Below, piece by piece: positions 26,099 through 41,282 of a DNA stretch of 64,000 bases. The position numbers were made by a program, and so were the translations under genes. The notes under the pieces were generated by a model. It made no database searches and was not told the DNA's origin. It was given only the letters and a program-made list of their open reading frames with translations. Each line of letters opens with the position of its first letter. Within the stretch, counting starts at the first letter, position 1. Origin of the DNA: the human T2T-CHM13v2.0 reference genome, Homo sapiens; the NCBI RefSeq assembly GCF_009914755.1, contig NC_060936.1. One strand, 5' to 3'.

Positions 26099-26470
26099 TG
26101 TCGTAGGTTGAGTTTCCTGGAAAAGAGACTCTAAGAGGTGCCCGAAGGAAACTTATTGGGGATTGTCTTTGGGGTTAACTCAGGGATGCAGAACTGGACA
26201 GAGAGAGAAGTTGAGCTGTGATATACTCACAACAGAGGCCTCAGTACATCCCCTGGGAATAGCTCTCCAGAGTTGTCCCCAGTCCAGACAAGGGGGTCAG
26301 GTCTTTGTACCCCCACACCAACTAGTCATTGGATACAGCTGCCCCAGGAGCGGGTGTGACCTTGAGAGAGGCCTTCCTTAGGCTGAGCAGTTCCTGGGAA
26401 GAGACTCAGCAGGAGGCCCTTGAACCTGCCGGCAAGGCTTGCAAGGAAGCCCTACAGCCTCCACTGCAGG
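26099..26470 (-). mobile_element. LTR16-type ERVL LTR
   Basis: tgtcgtaggttgagtttcctggaaaagagactct; gaagttgagctgtgat. Confidence 0.6.
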
Positions 26471-26744
26471 AGGCATTGCTGACTGAGCAATTTTATAAAG
26501 ATCACTCTGGAATCAGGGGTTATAACCAGAAACCAAGGCGATAGCTTGGACTTTCTGGCATTCTCAGCCCCGTCACACCATGTCATGTAGCTTTTTCTTC
26601 GCATATCTGTTGATTGCTTGCACTTCTGCCCGTCCTCATACTAGGGCTTAGTTCAGCACTTCTCCCTGGACTGGATTTAGACTCTGATGCCCATTCACTG
26701 AGCAATGAAAATAAGCCCGATCTAGCTTTTTCTTTCCTCGAAGG

Positions 26745-26960
26745 CAGCCATTCATTCATTCTTTTTATTGTCTCCTCATCCCACATTTAGGTATTGAGTA
26801 AGTGACAGGTGCTGGGGATGCAGCAGTGAGAAGACAGACACGAACAGGCTCTGTCCTCATGGAGTTTGCCTTCTTGTGGGCTGGACATAGACAAGTCAAC
26901 ACTTGGAATACTTTCCAGCAGTGATGAGTGCTGTGATGAAAATAAAGCAAGGTGTTGGGA
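26745..26960 (-). mobile_element. L2 3' end
   Basis: cattcattcattc...ggtgctggggatgcagcagtgag. Confidence 0.7.
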
Positions 26961-27709
26961 TCTGCTGTAAGCAGGCAATGCAAAGGTGTGTAGGTCAACA
27001 CACCCAAGGGTGACAAACTGCTGACTTACACACATTTGCATTGCCTGCTGAGAGCAGTGCCTGGTGTGGTCTCCCATTACATGACAAATATTAGTTATTT
27101 GATTGTAATTGATGACAGGCTGACTTAACTGGGATCGTCAGGGTTGGGGGTGGCCTGTCCTTCCTTCCTGCTGGCTGGGGTGAGGTTCCGAGAAGCCTTC
27201 CCGAGGTGTGGTGCTTGCTGACTCAGCAGTGCTCTGCCTGGCAGGGCTGAGATGTTCCTTGGAAAAGCTCCCACCTAGGTCCTTGCCCAGGCCCCCTGGA
27301 GCTGCCAATCACAGCAGCTCTGCCAGTATGATGGCTTATGGGGCCCAACAGCTACGTGCACCCCCCCAAGCCCTGACTCAAGTTGGGCAGTCTTATGAGA
27401 ATGGGCGTTCTCTGGCATTTCCTGCTCCTCGCTGGCCTGGACGACCTTGTGAGAACAGCCCTGCCCCCACCCTCCTGCCATCCTCACCGACATGCCCAGC
27501 CTAGCCTGAGCCAGGACCACAGCAGGCCTGGGAAAGGGAACCCTGGAACTTTGAGGATTGTGTGGAGTTTCACAAAACCTGGGTTTGAGTGAGAAGTCTG
27601 GTTTCTGGTCCAGCTCCTGTTGTGTGACCTTGACCCAGGGTTCTCTGGGTTTTAGTTCCTCATCTGTGAAAATGAGGCCTTACTAGACTTACCTTATTTT
27701 CATCCTTCA

Positions 27710-28080
27710 CAGCTGTTCTCTCCTGCCTCGGGGCCTTTGCCCTGGCACTTACCTCTGCTGGAATACTCTTCCTCACCTCTCTACCTTTTACCTAGTAGAC
27801 TCCATTCCTCCTTCAGGCCTCAATCAATCATCCTACCTGCCTAACGAGGCTAGTTCAAGGTTTCCAATCTGATAGGGCTACAGAAGATTATATTCCTCTC
27901 CCTTGTCATGAATCAGTTGTCAGTTGATATTTGCTTGTGGGATTCTTGACAAATAACCATCCTTACATGCCTCAGTGAGGGCAGGCATCTTGCTGTCTTG
28001 TCTGTAGCTGTATCCCCAGTGCATAGCACAGAGCTTGGCATATAGTATATACTCAAAAATTTTTGTTACGGAATGACTCT
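27710..28080 (+). mobile_element. L2 3' region
   Basis: gggcctttgc...ctgtatccccagtgcatagcacagagcttggcatatag. Confidence 0.7.
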
Positions 28081-28506
28081 TCAAATGAGATTACGTAGAT
28101 AAAAGCCCTTTATAACTGTAAAGCAGTCAACAGAAGGGAGGTGTTTTATTACCAGTGGGATAATGACATTGGCCTGGAGGAAGCATTTCAGGATCTGCAG
28201 GGATTTTGGGTGACTTTTCTAGAGTTAAAAAGAGTATCTGCCACCCATTCTGTCCTGAGTCAGCCTGTGCCTAGTGAGCCCACAGCCCTGACTGATCATT
28301 CCCTTGGCCTTTGTTATAGAGCACACCAGGGTGGGTGTCCCTGAGCGGCTGGCTGCTTGGTCTTGTTCAGCCTTTCTGTGTTACATCTTTTTCCTGCAGC
28401 TGCCACACACAGCTTTCTAATTATGTCATGTCATGGTGATGTCCTTGATAGGTCACAGTGGCCTGGGCTTTCCTGGGTGGGAGGCCGAGAAGTCGAAGGA
28501 AATGGA

Positions 28507-28508
<2 letters not shown>

Positions 28509-28546
<38 letters not shown>
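28509..28546. repeat. (GT)n microsatellite
   Basis: Direct. Confidence 0.95.
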
Positions 28547-28547
<1 letters not shown>

Positions 28548-28594
28548 CGCATGCTTGCAAGAAGATGGTGTGGATCAGACAGTCAGCTACATTC

Positions 28595-28893
<299 letters not shown>

Positions 28894-29478
28894 AAGTCAG
28901 CTGCATTCTAAATCCACTATAAACATTCTCCCCCCACCCTTGAGCCTGCTCCTGCGGGTAAGTCTCTTTTGCCCCTCTTGGTAGTAGGCAGTAGGTGTCC
29001 TTGATCAGCCTACACCTAAGTCAGTGAATTTTTGTTGAGGGACTGCTATGTGTCAAGTGCTGGGCTAGGTGCTGAGGGCTCAGCAGTGGCAATCCAGGCA
29101 AAGTCTTTGCCAGCTTGTAGATGACTGTTCAGTGGGGAAGACAGATGTTAAACAAATCACCAGATGTAATATTGATATGGTAACAAGTGTTCCAGGTACT
29201 GCAAAGAAGAGGGGCAGAGTAGTTGTCTCATTTTTGAGTTTATTCATTCATTTGTTGAACAGTATCTTAAAGCAATTGCTCTGTGCCAGGCAGCATGCTA
29301 GGTTAAGTACATCTCGTCCCTGGGACCTTCCTAGACCACCAGGCCATAGCAGTGACTCCTTCCTCAGAACAGCCCAGGACACCTGCCCCTGCCATCTGGG
29401 ACTTGGTAGTTTTTGACTTGTGCAATTAATTCAAATTAATGCAGGTCCCATACAGGAGCTTTGTTGACTTTTTCATGA

Positions 29479-30240
<762 letters not shown>

Positions 30241-31194
30241 TGCTGGAGGTCTGGGCCAGCCATCCTGGAGCCCTTGAAGGCCCATGCAGGGGCCTGGCAA
30301 GTGGCATCTGCACAGCACCAGCAGGTCTCCGTTGGGTGTTCCTTGCTTCCCTGCCCTTTGTATTCTGAATTGACCTAGGGCTGTGCTAATAGATGTAAAG
30401 GGTTTGCACAGTGTCTTACACGTAGGAAATGCTCAAAGACGAATAATGAACATGGTCAAGTTGTTAATGATGATGATGGTTATCAGGAGCCAGGGTTTCC
30501 TCTTCAACTCTTCCATGTATACATTAATTTAACAAAGATCAAATGAGTTTGCTTAGATTTTGTGTTCTCTGTTCCTCAGAGGAAAAGCATCAAGTTTACA
30601 TTTTTCCTTTTGGAGTGAACCAACATTAAAACTCAGAGTTCAACTTTTTAATTTCCTTTTTCAAAGAAATAGATATGAGCTGCAGGTGAGTGTTAACCTG
30701 TGGTAATTGGGACTGCACTTCTGTACTTCAAAGATCACAAGCTTATTTTGAATACTTGAGGTTGGAAAATGGAGCCAGAGGCTATGAGATTCACCTCAAC
30801 AAATTTGCAACAATGTTTAAGAAATTTTAGAAAATTAAACAAAAACTCTTTAAAGAAGCAATGTGACTCAAGCTGTAACCACCTACTTCCTCTAGTCTCT
30901 CCCCCATAATAGCTAAACATTTTTAATGCTTATGTACTAGGCATATTGCATGCTTTATCTCATTTAAGCTCACTATCATCTTAGTTTACAGGTAGGAAAA
31001 CTGAGGTATAAGCCGCAATACTCCCCAAGGATCATAAATGATAGAGCTTATAAATGATAGAGCCGGACAGTCTGACACCTGAGCCTACACACTTCCCCAC
31101 AGTGACATTCTGCCCCCAACAAGAGGTTCTGAAACTGGCATGGGCAGCTCAATTTCTGGATTTGGCCTCCTCCAACACTCCTGTCCAGAGTGAC

Positions 31195-31450
31195 TATTTT
31201 GGTTATTAATTTCTGTGAAACAAACCAACCCAAACATAGTAACTTAAAAAAACAACAACCATCTTATCCCACAAATTCCGAGTGTTGACTGAGCTCAGCT
31301 GGATGGTTCTTCTGCTCCAACAACGTCAGCTGGGGCTACAGATAGCCGGGGGGCTCTACTGGACTGGGATATCTAGGATGACTCCCTAAAATGTCTGGTG
31401 CCTTGGTGGAAGACGGTTGCAAGTGTGAGGTCAGGTGGGATGCTGGGGCA

Positions 31451-31493
<43 letters not shown>

Positions 31494-31770
31494 ATCTGTC
31501 TGTTCTCCTTCCCTGACAGAAAACCACTTCCTCTTCCCAAAGCCTTTCCATGATGTCTTTCCATGTGTTCTCTCTGCATGGTCTTTCAGCACAAAAATTG
31601 GACTTCTTAAATGGTATTCAGGGCTTCCAAAAGCTCAAAAGCAGAAGCTGCCATGCCTGATTCTCTGGCCAAAGTTCTGGCTAGATTTCAGTGTGGGAGG
31701 AGACTAAACAAGGGCATGGCACTGAGAGGGGTGGTCCATTTGGGACCCTCTTCAGAGATCAGCTACCACA
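31195..31770 (-). mobile_element. MLT1 (G/H-type) LTR containing (GT)n at about 31451-31489
   Basis: aacaaaccaacccaaacatagtaacttaaaa...gctcagctggatggttcttctg...ctaccaca. Confidence 0.65.
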
Positions 31771-32461
31771 GTGAGACTTCTACCACACAGCTCATAGGCA
31801 ATGAACCTATGTGACTTTTTTAAAAAGTACCTACTGTGCGGTTTACCTATAGTGTATCTTATTGTATTTAATGCTCCCACCAATCCTAGGAGGTAGATAT
31901 TATTATCTTCCTTTTATGGATGAGAGAATAGCCTTAGATACTTAATAACTTGCCCAAGGCCACCTAGCCTGTGAGTGAGGGAGCCTGGATTCTAACAGGT
32001 TAGCCTGATTCCAAAGCCTATGCTGTTTCCTCTATGACATCCTCTCTTCGGGGAAGGTGGTACACGTTTGTGTGTGCTTGCCACTTTCAATCAACTCTTA
32101 TTAAACAAGCCAAAAAATACTCACTGAATTATTAGGATGTACCAGGTTCTAGGAAGAGGTAGGAGGCAGTGTCAGTACTGGTTTCTGCCCTCTGAGAACT
32201 TGACTGCAGGGATAAGACAGGTAAACAGGAAAAGATAAAACCAACAATACTGGTTAGTGCTGACATGGTACTACTGAGGGTGGAGGGAGAGGACACAGAC
32301 TGATGATCTTGGAGGCTGTTCCTCAGAGAAAGTGGGATTTTAAAAAATGATTGAAAAGAAAGAGATTGGAATTTGGAAAAAGTTGTGAGGAGTGGTGATA
32401 GTTTAACTTACATAACACATACCATGGGCTTCACAGGGCTATAAGCACTTTCCATGAATTA

Positions 32462-32833
<372 letters not shown>

Positions 32834-33366
32834 TTATAGATGAGGAAGCTGGGGCACAGAGGAGTTAGGTAAGTTGTTTGAGTTCACACAGTGTGTAAAG
32901 TGATGCTGCTGGATTTGAATTCCAATTATGTGCATTCTGGCACCACAGTTGGGATCCTAATCATCAGGCCGGACCACCTCTTGTAAGGGAGGCTGATTTA
33001 GAAGGGGGGTCTTTTTGGGGAGAGAGTGGGTAAACCAGCTTGGCCAAAACACAGAGCACTTGTAGAGGGAATGAGCATAACAGTGACTAACACTTAAACA
33101 CATTTGATCCTTCCACCTCCCCACCTACTGTAAGGGAATGATCACCTGAATTCTACAGGTGGAGACCTCAAGACTTAGAGAGGCAAAATGAATTCCCTAA
33201 GAGCACACATGTGGACCCCAGACTTTAACCTAGGTCTTCTCTATTTAAGCCACTGTCTTCCTTTCATATAATGAGAAAATAACCTAGTTTGACGGTTTCA
33301 ACTGCAGAGGTCCTGAGTGTCAATTTTGTGAATCCCAGTGTGCATGTTGGTAGTGGCTCCTTAGCC

Positions 33367-33550
33367 AGGCATTCTTAGCCCAAGGTTCAGGGCTCTGCTT
33401 CATAGAGGCCTCTGAGGCTCCTGCACCTGTGTGTGATGGTGTATGTGTATGCGTGTGTATGTGTGTGATGGGGTGTGTGCATTTTCTAGGGAGAAGGTGC
33501 ATAGCATTCAATAGTTTCTCAGGAACACTTGGGACCAACAAAGGGTGCTC
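33367..33550. mobile_element. MER103C-like hAT MITE
   Basis: gtgcattttctagggagaaggtgcatagcattcaatagtttctca. Confidence 0.55.
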
Positions 33551-33994
33551 AGTTTCTGGAACTGGATCTTCTAACTTCAGATCTGGGTTCTGCTGCTTGT
33601 TAGCTGTGCAGTCGAAGGCAAGTTACTTACTGTCTCTGAGCACCGGTTTTCTCACCTATAAACAGACTGGCAATACCAACGCTGTGGGCTGTTTGTGAGT
33701 GAATGGTTGCTGTCCAGCCCTGTGCAGAGCACACAGTAAGTGCTTAACAAATGCCCACCATGACAAGGAGATGCCCTTTCTCTGGGCATCCCTGCCTTCC
33801 TGGGTGTTGTGGCAGGCCGGGGTCCCTGCCGTGAGCTAGCTTCTTTGGGCTTCCCTGCTCTCCCAGCCTGCCAAACTGTTTTCCTGGAAGTAGAGCCCAG
33901 TGCTTTTGTGTTTTTATCTCCTTCCTTCGCAGGGACCCTCTCTTAACTGTTCCTGGGGATCTGACCCAGGCCCCTTAGAAGGAAGTAGCTAGAA

Positions 33995-34430
33995 CCCAGA
34001 CTCCTTACCATGGCCCACTAGACACTATGTGATCCAGCCCTGCCTCTCCCTCCCTGCCTCTGCTTCTCATTCACCTTCTCCAGCCACGCAGGTCGTTCTG
34101 TTCTGTGTCTGGGCCCAGATCGTTCTCATTCCCGAGCCTTTGTTCATTCTCGTCTTTCAGAGTGGGACCCTCTCTTTGCCAGCCTAGCCTTGACTAATCT
34201 CTCAATGTCAGCCTCACTCCCTCAGAAGGGCTATCTTTGACCAAATTCCATCTCTGTTCTCCCCTTCCATAGGACTCCATGTTTCCATAGCAATCAGTTA
34301 ATTTGCAATGAAAGCCCATCTCCTCTACACAACTGTAGGCTCTGTGAGGTGGGAAATCACATCCATTGCTGAACTAAGCCTGGTGTTGTGTACACAGTTG
34401 GCACTTAATACATGTTTACTAAAATGAAGT
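33995..34430 (+). mobile_element. L2 3' region
   Basis: ccagactccttaccatggccc...tgtgatccagccctgcc. Confidence 0.7.
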
Positions 34431-35264
34431 AAAACAGTAGGCTGTATTAATCTTTTTCTGGCGATTTTGTAAAGAGTTTCTCTGACCTGGGGAAGCTCTC
34501 CCGCCCTGTGGAAGTTCCCCTTGCAAACTCACAGTGGGCACACGCTGAAGGCTGCAGAAGGTGAAGGATGGGAAGGATGCAGGCTTGCTCCTTCAGGGTG
34601 AGTCTTGGAGCAGAACCATCACTGGTGAGGTGAAGGGAGGAGGCAGGTGTGCAGGCCACACCTGGTGCAGGGCCTCTGTCGGTGCTTCTGCAGCTGCCGC
34701 TGAAGAAGCCAATGATTTATACGTAGGTGACTCAGGAAACGCTTCCTTGAGGGGCCTTGGGGGTGATCAGTCAGGGACGAGAACTCTGCTCTGCAAACTG
34801 CAATCATCACCTCCTGTCTTAAAAATAAATCTTTTGTAGTTTTCTAATGAGGTCATGGGAAGAATCACTCTGTGCTTTCTAGTAGGAAGGCTGAGCTGGG
34901 CAGGAAGGTGATCTCTGGATCTGGTTTCCTGTATCAGGCAGAGGCACTTTGGGGTGGGGGTGGGGTGTGCTAGGGAGAGCCAGGGAAATGAAAATCCATA
35001 GGAATCCAAAGCCTCACTTCAACTACTGCACTGCACAGCAACCAGGAGACAAAGAGTTCCTGGTAACTGATGGGCACTGAGCTCTAGAACTTAGACGCCA
35101 GCTGCCCAGTGGCACTGACCACAGTCAGGCATTGTGTGATGGCCTCCATGGGGGTGATGTCACTCTATCTTCACCACAGTCCACCCCACTTTACAGAAGC
35201 ACACCTGCCATGGTGCCTATGTCATAGTAGGCTCTCAGTAAATGTTTGTAGAATGAATGATAAA

Positions 35265-35601
<337 letters not shown>

Positions 35602-35993
35602 TTAACTTCCTTAAGATGGCACAGCCAGCAGTGCCTGGGTTCCCACCCATGACCACTAACTCCAAAGCCAGGGTCCTTAACCAACTGCTCCATCAAACCC
35701 TTCTGCAAAGAATTTCCACATGGATGCTTCCTGAAGCCCCATCAATCATCACCCAAACAGGTTTCCCCAGGTAACATGCACACATCATCTTGCGTGATTC
35801 TTCCAGTAGTTCTTCGAGATTGCCCTTGTTGGCCCATTTGACAGAGGGGAAAAAAAGCCTTCAAGAAGATAACCAGCTTACCCAGGGTCACAGAGTAATA
35901 GATGAGAGAGTTCCTGAGTCAAACTAAGAACTATAGAGACATGGCTTTTTCATTAGGAAGGTTTGTTTCCCTTTAGCAAACCTTCCTAGTGAA

Positions 35994-36126
35994 AGGTACT
36001 GTCATTAGTACTTCCTCCTGGCACCAAAATCTCTGTCCATTCTGATCTTGGCTTCTCTGGTAACAGTGGGTATGGCATCCCTGCTTTAAGACCAGTTGAA
36101 GCTCAAATGGGAAATGAATGCAGATG
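35994..36126 (+). repeat. About 133-bp direct duplication, copy A
   Basis: 15 substitutions and 1 indel versus 36886-37019; 39-nt identical run. Confidence 0.95.
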
Positions 36127-36885
36127 GGCTTTTGTAAATATTAAAGTGCTGTTCCAATGTGAGCTGTTTTTACAGCCTGACTCTTAGGAGTATGGGCTTT
36201 AGAACCAAATGACAGAGTTCATATCCCAGCTCTAACAGTTACTAGCTGTGTTACTTAACCTCTTTGTGCCTCAGTTTCTTTCTCGGCAAGATAATATTTT
36301 CCTCAAAGGGTTGTTTTGCTATTTAAATAAGTCGATACCATAAAGCATTTAGAACAATGCCTGGCACAGAGCAAGCTCTCAGTAAATGATAGCTGTTTTC
36401 CTCCTCCTCATCATCATTATGATCATCACCACCAAAAAACATTGTTCTCTCTGCAAATACAAGCAGGCCAGGGGATTCCCTCAGGGTGGCCTGTGACTCC
36501 CAGGAGAGCCAACGGCAGCCCTGCAGTGGCTGCACTGTACAGACGTCTTGGGTTTCCCCAGGGTCCTTGTTCTCACTTGTGTTTTTCTCCCTCTCTTCTG
36601 GTCTCTCCATGGAGCCCTGAGCATGGCCCACCTGCATACCTGGCCTAGTCCTGTCTCTGACCAAGGCAGCTGGTCAGGTGCTCACCCTCATCAGCAAGTG
36701 GCATCAGGACGTGCTCCTTTTGTCCTCACCTGATTGAAGCCCCAAACACCCACCTGCGTGTATACTGAGCTTTATTCTCTGCCCCACTGCCATTGAGTTG
36801 ACCTGTTTCTTACACTGGTGTTTCTGCCTTGGTTTCCTGGTTTGGTATTTAGGTCCTCTGCTAACATTGTCAAAGGGTCTAGGCT

Positions 36886-37019
36886 AGGCACTTTCATTAG
36901 TACTTCCTCCTGGCACCAAAATCTCTGTCCATGCTGATCTTGGCCTCCCTGGTAACAGTGGGTGCAGCCTCACTGCTTTAAGACCACCGGAGGCTCAGAT
37001 GAGGAAATGAATGCAGATG
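36886..37019 (+). repeat. About 133-bp direct duplication, copy B
   Basis: Matches 35994-36126. Confidence 0.95.
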
Positions 37020-38199
37020 AATTGCCTATGGCCCTGACACACAACTTACTGCCCCCATGAGTCCCCCTGGGCACTCCCCTGTGCTGTGTGCACCCCTATC
37101 CAGTAGCTTCACACTAGTTTTGTTAAACATGTTTATTGAGCATCTACTCTATGCAGGGTTTGAGGTGCACCATCTGTTCCAACCGTGTCCAAGCATTTTC
37201 CCAATCACATGCACCCCCTGCTCAGGTGAGTGCTCCTACTCACCCAGTGAGAGGGTCTTTCTGTGGTGTCCATGGACTCCCAACTTGGCTACGCTCCCCA
37301 GGTGCTGTAAGAGTGCCATCCACCCCCAGTGGGGGCCGGCTCTGGTCACTTATCTCCATCTAGTCTTGTCCATTCTCAGCTGCCTCCCTTCTCCCACGCT
37401 CTGTCCCTAAAGTTCCCATTTTTGCACAGGAGGGAGCCAAGGCACAGAGAAAATGAGTAATTGGCAGAAGGCAACACAGCAACCCTGTATGGGGCAAAGA
37501 GGTGGTGACCAGAGATACTCATAGTATCGTGTGGTGAGCACAGGAGGCTGGATGGGAACCCTGTGTGGCCTTGTCCACAGCAGGGAGGGAGTGCTGAAGG
37601 TACAGACCTGGCTGAGCCAAGTACACATTTCCTGTTAGTCTTGACTCCAGCAGGACTAGCTCCTGGCCCCCTCCTGGCCTAAGCCTGGGAAGTCCTTCGG
37701 CCAAGTGCAGGACCCACAGGAAATAGAGAACGTGTCTTGCCTAGCCCTTGTATTTCAAACCCTTTAGAACCCAGCCCAGCCTTCCTCTGCCTCTCCACAT
37801 TGTCCTCTGCGTGTTAATAATACTTTACTCCCATGGTGGTTGTACTGTAAGTGAATGCATACAAAGCCTTGAGAACAATGCCTGCCACTCACAGCTTCTG
37901 CCCCCGCCTTCTTCCCTGCCTGCACTGAACTTTAGCTACCCATGTCTGTAGAGTTAGGCCCAAGTTCAAGATCTGCTAGCCTTGAAAGCTCTGGCAAGTG
38001 GTTTAATCTTGCCCAGCCAGTTTTCTCATCTGTACAATGGAGACACTTCTTGGAGTTGTGAAGACTGAATGAGGCAATGCATTAAAAAGATCCATTCATC
38101 CAGCAGCCTGTGCTGATCTCTGGATTTGTAGCAAAAGACAAGGTAAACCCAATCTGTGCCCTCAGGGAAGGTGGGTCCAAAATAGTGACAAAGATGAAT

Positions 38200-39560
38200 T
38201 TTTTTTTTTTTTTTTGCATGGTGAATTTTAATTGTATTTGCTTTGGGACTCATGCCCTTTTCAATAATTAAAAATGCAGAGAATATAAAACCATCCACCA
38301 GAATTAACAGAGGTTGATAATTTCTCATATTTGCATGATTCTCTCACATAAAAGAAGTAAAACATTTTAGCTGCAGCCAAAATCCCTCTTGGTAGCCACT
38401 CACTGTGGACCTTCCTCCTTCCCTCCAGGCAGCCCTTGATCTTGAATTTGGGTCATAGTCTTCCAGTCTGTCTTTACGTTGTGCTGTCTCTATGTGTTCA
38501 TAAATCATAGATGATTTCTTGTGTGTTTCATTTACCTATAAAAGAGCAAACTATGGGTGATATTCTGCAACTCAATTTTTTCACCCAGTATTGTTTTTCA
38601 AATCCATCCATGTGAGAGCCTTGAGTTGGCTCATTCATTTTGATCACTACGTGCGCTTGTATCAACCCCCAACCTTTGCTCTCACAGGCAAGGTGTGGGG
38701 ATCGTCTTCTGTGCCTCCCCTTGGAACCCCAGTGGGAGGTATTCCTAGAAGTAGAATTGCTGAATCACAGGGCGTGAACGTTTGCAGCTTGACTGGCTAG
38801 TGTTGGCCTGTTTTCCAAACAGGCCGTTTGCACTGATTTATATTAGCAACATCTGAGAGTTCTTGTTTCTCCACATTCCCACCGGTCCTTGGTATTATTA
38901 GACTTTTCAGTTTTTGCCAAACAGATTGGGTGTGGAATGGAGCTCAGACCTGTCTTTGTCTGCATATCTCTGATCATGAGGGCATTGAACATTATACCAT
39001 GTTTTCTGAATATTTGGGTCTCCTATTCAGTAAAAGACCTGTTCAAATTCTTTACCTATTATTTTTTTCTATTGGATTGCTTGTCTGTGTGTGTGTGTGT
39101 GTCTGTGTGTGTTCCTGATAGATTTTTGGACTGATTCTTTACCTGTTGTATAAGTTGCAAATGCCTCTTCTGGGTGTATTGCTTATCATGGGGTATATTT
39201 CTTGGGCTTTTTGTTGTACAGTTTAAAATTTTGTTATGGTCAAATTGATCTTTTCTTTTATGATTACGATTTTCTTGCCTTGATTAAGACCTGATAATGT
39301 AAAGATACTCTCCTCTCTTTTCTTCTAATAATGTTGAAGTTTGTGTTTCAGTTTCATGTTTAGGTCATTCATCCATTTGGAACTTCTTCTTGTGTGTAGC
39401 GTGAGATGGGGGTCTAATCTAATTTTTTTCTTCTCTAAGGAAAGTCATTGGTCCCAATACCTTTGTTTGAGTAGCCCATCGTTTCCACGGTGTCTTGTAA
39501 CGGCACCTCCGTTCTGTGCTGCGTTGACATATGGTATTTATGTGGGTCTTTTCCAAGCTG
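38200..39560 (-). mobile_element. L1ME-type fragment
   Basis: tattcctagaagtagaattgctgaatca; atccatttggaactt. Confidence 0.7.
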
Positions 39561-41282
39561 TTTTTTTCTCTTCGCCTGGATAGGAATAATTCCTTAATCA
39601 TAATTGTGGGAAATGCTATTGAAGAAAAGCCCAGGCTGCTATGAGAACACACAGCAGGGGGATTTAGAAGGCCCTTCATTCCTCTGCTCTGTTTTGTTGC
39701 TTTCTTAGCTTTTGTGTGAATTACAGACCTTTCCATTACACAGCCTGGCCACCTTGCACAGCTCTGGCATTGGGTTGGGGCTGGGGTGGGCTCCCACTGA
39801 GAACAGAAAGCCTGATGCATCGAGCAGGGCCAGACGCCACACCACCCTGGGAGGCAGCATGCACGTGAGGCCCACGTTTGTTTCCTGAAGCCTGGTGTTT
39901 ATGCATGCCTATCCTCACTGAGATAGAGTCATTTTTCAGAGCAATTTAACCATGGCCGTGGGCCTGTCCCCACAGAGATTAGATAACACAGACACACAAC
40001 AGTGCAAGTTTTAGGGAAAGATTTAAAGTATCCAAGCTCATTGGCAGGCCAGGTGTCTTCCAGCGGAAAGAGGAGGCTAGAAGTAGCAGGCTTGCCCGTT
40101 GCTGGGGCCACTTTGAGAAGCAGCATTTTCATATTGCTACATCCCTTGAGCAGCATTTGTGTGTGTTCTAGGGCATTCAGAAATGTCTCTTTATTTCCCA
40201 TTGTGGCTCTTGAATTCCAGGGCACTGCATGGGCACTTGGCTCTCATGCTGTTCAACCTCACTTTAAAATCCAGCACATGAAGCAGCAATTTAGGAGCCT
40301 GCTAAACTGGGGCTGGGGGACAGGTAGGGGGGTGGATGACTGTTACATCTTATACAGGAGTCCAAACTCACACTACACAAGACTTATTTAACAGGAAGTT
40401 TATGCAGTAAATTGCTGTGTGCCATTTACAAAACACGGTTTGGCTTAGCAATACCTTCTAAGAATCAGTACAATCAGTAAACCAGTAAGAGTGCTGGACT
40501 GTGGAGACCACAGACCCAGGGTTGAGTTCTGTATGATCCTAGACAAGCTATACTGGCATCCTATCTTGCATGGGGTCGGGATAGGGGGAGTTGAGTCTCA
40601 CACTAATGCACTGAGAGTGAAAATTACCCTAGAAAAATCCCTCACATTGCCTATGAAGTATAATATACAGACATACATTCTCAAAAGCAGGTCCACCACA
40701 GCTATTTTTTTCCTCCATCGCTGGAGTGGACCACCGTGTCTTTGAACACCAGAGGAAGTAGGTGGCTTGTGTGTTTAAGGGATGCATTTGAAAACTGCTT
40801 TTCTTTAAACAGAAGCCCAGCTGGCTGGAGAAGAGGAATGCAGCGGTACCCACTGAGCACATTCTCCAAGAGTGATTCTTTTTTGAAGATATTTAAGTAA
40901 CACAGTGCCACAATGGTTGCTAGGATCGTGAACAAAGGATGTCAGGGAACACTGTGGAAACAGGATCTCGAGAAGCTCCCCAAGCAGGGGCACAGCACCC
41001 CACCCCCCAAACCCATTCCCTCCATTGTTCAAACCTGGCTCTGCCTCTGTCTTTGAACACCAGACTCATACTCAGGGCTGGGAGTGGAGAACACTTGGTA
41101 ACAGGGGGACCCAAGGATGCAGAAGAGTCCAGGCACCCATCTCCCCCTCATTTTGGGCATGAGCTCATTGACTGAAAGAATGAGTGGAATCACCTGACAA
41201 AAAATGATGATAACAATTACTACTACTATGATAGCAGCTACGATTCTGTGTCCAGCACTGGCCCACATGCTTTACATATTTT

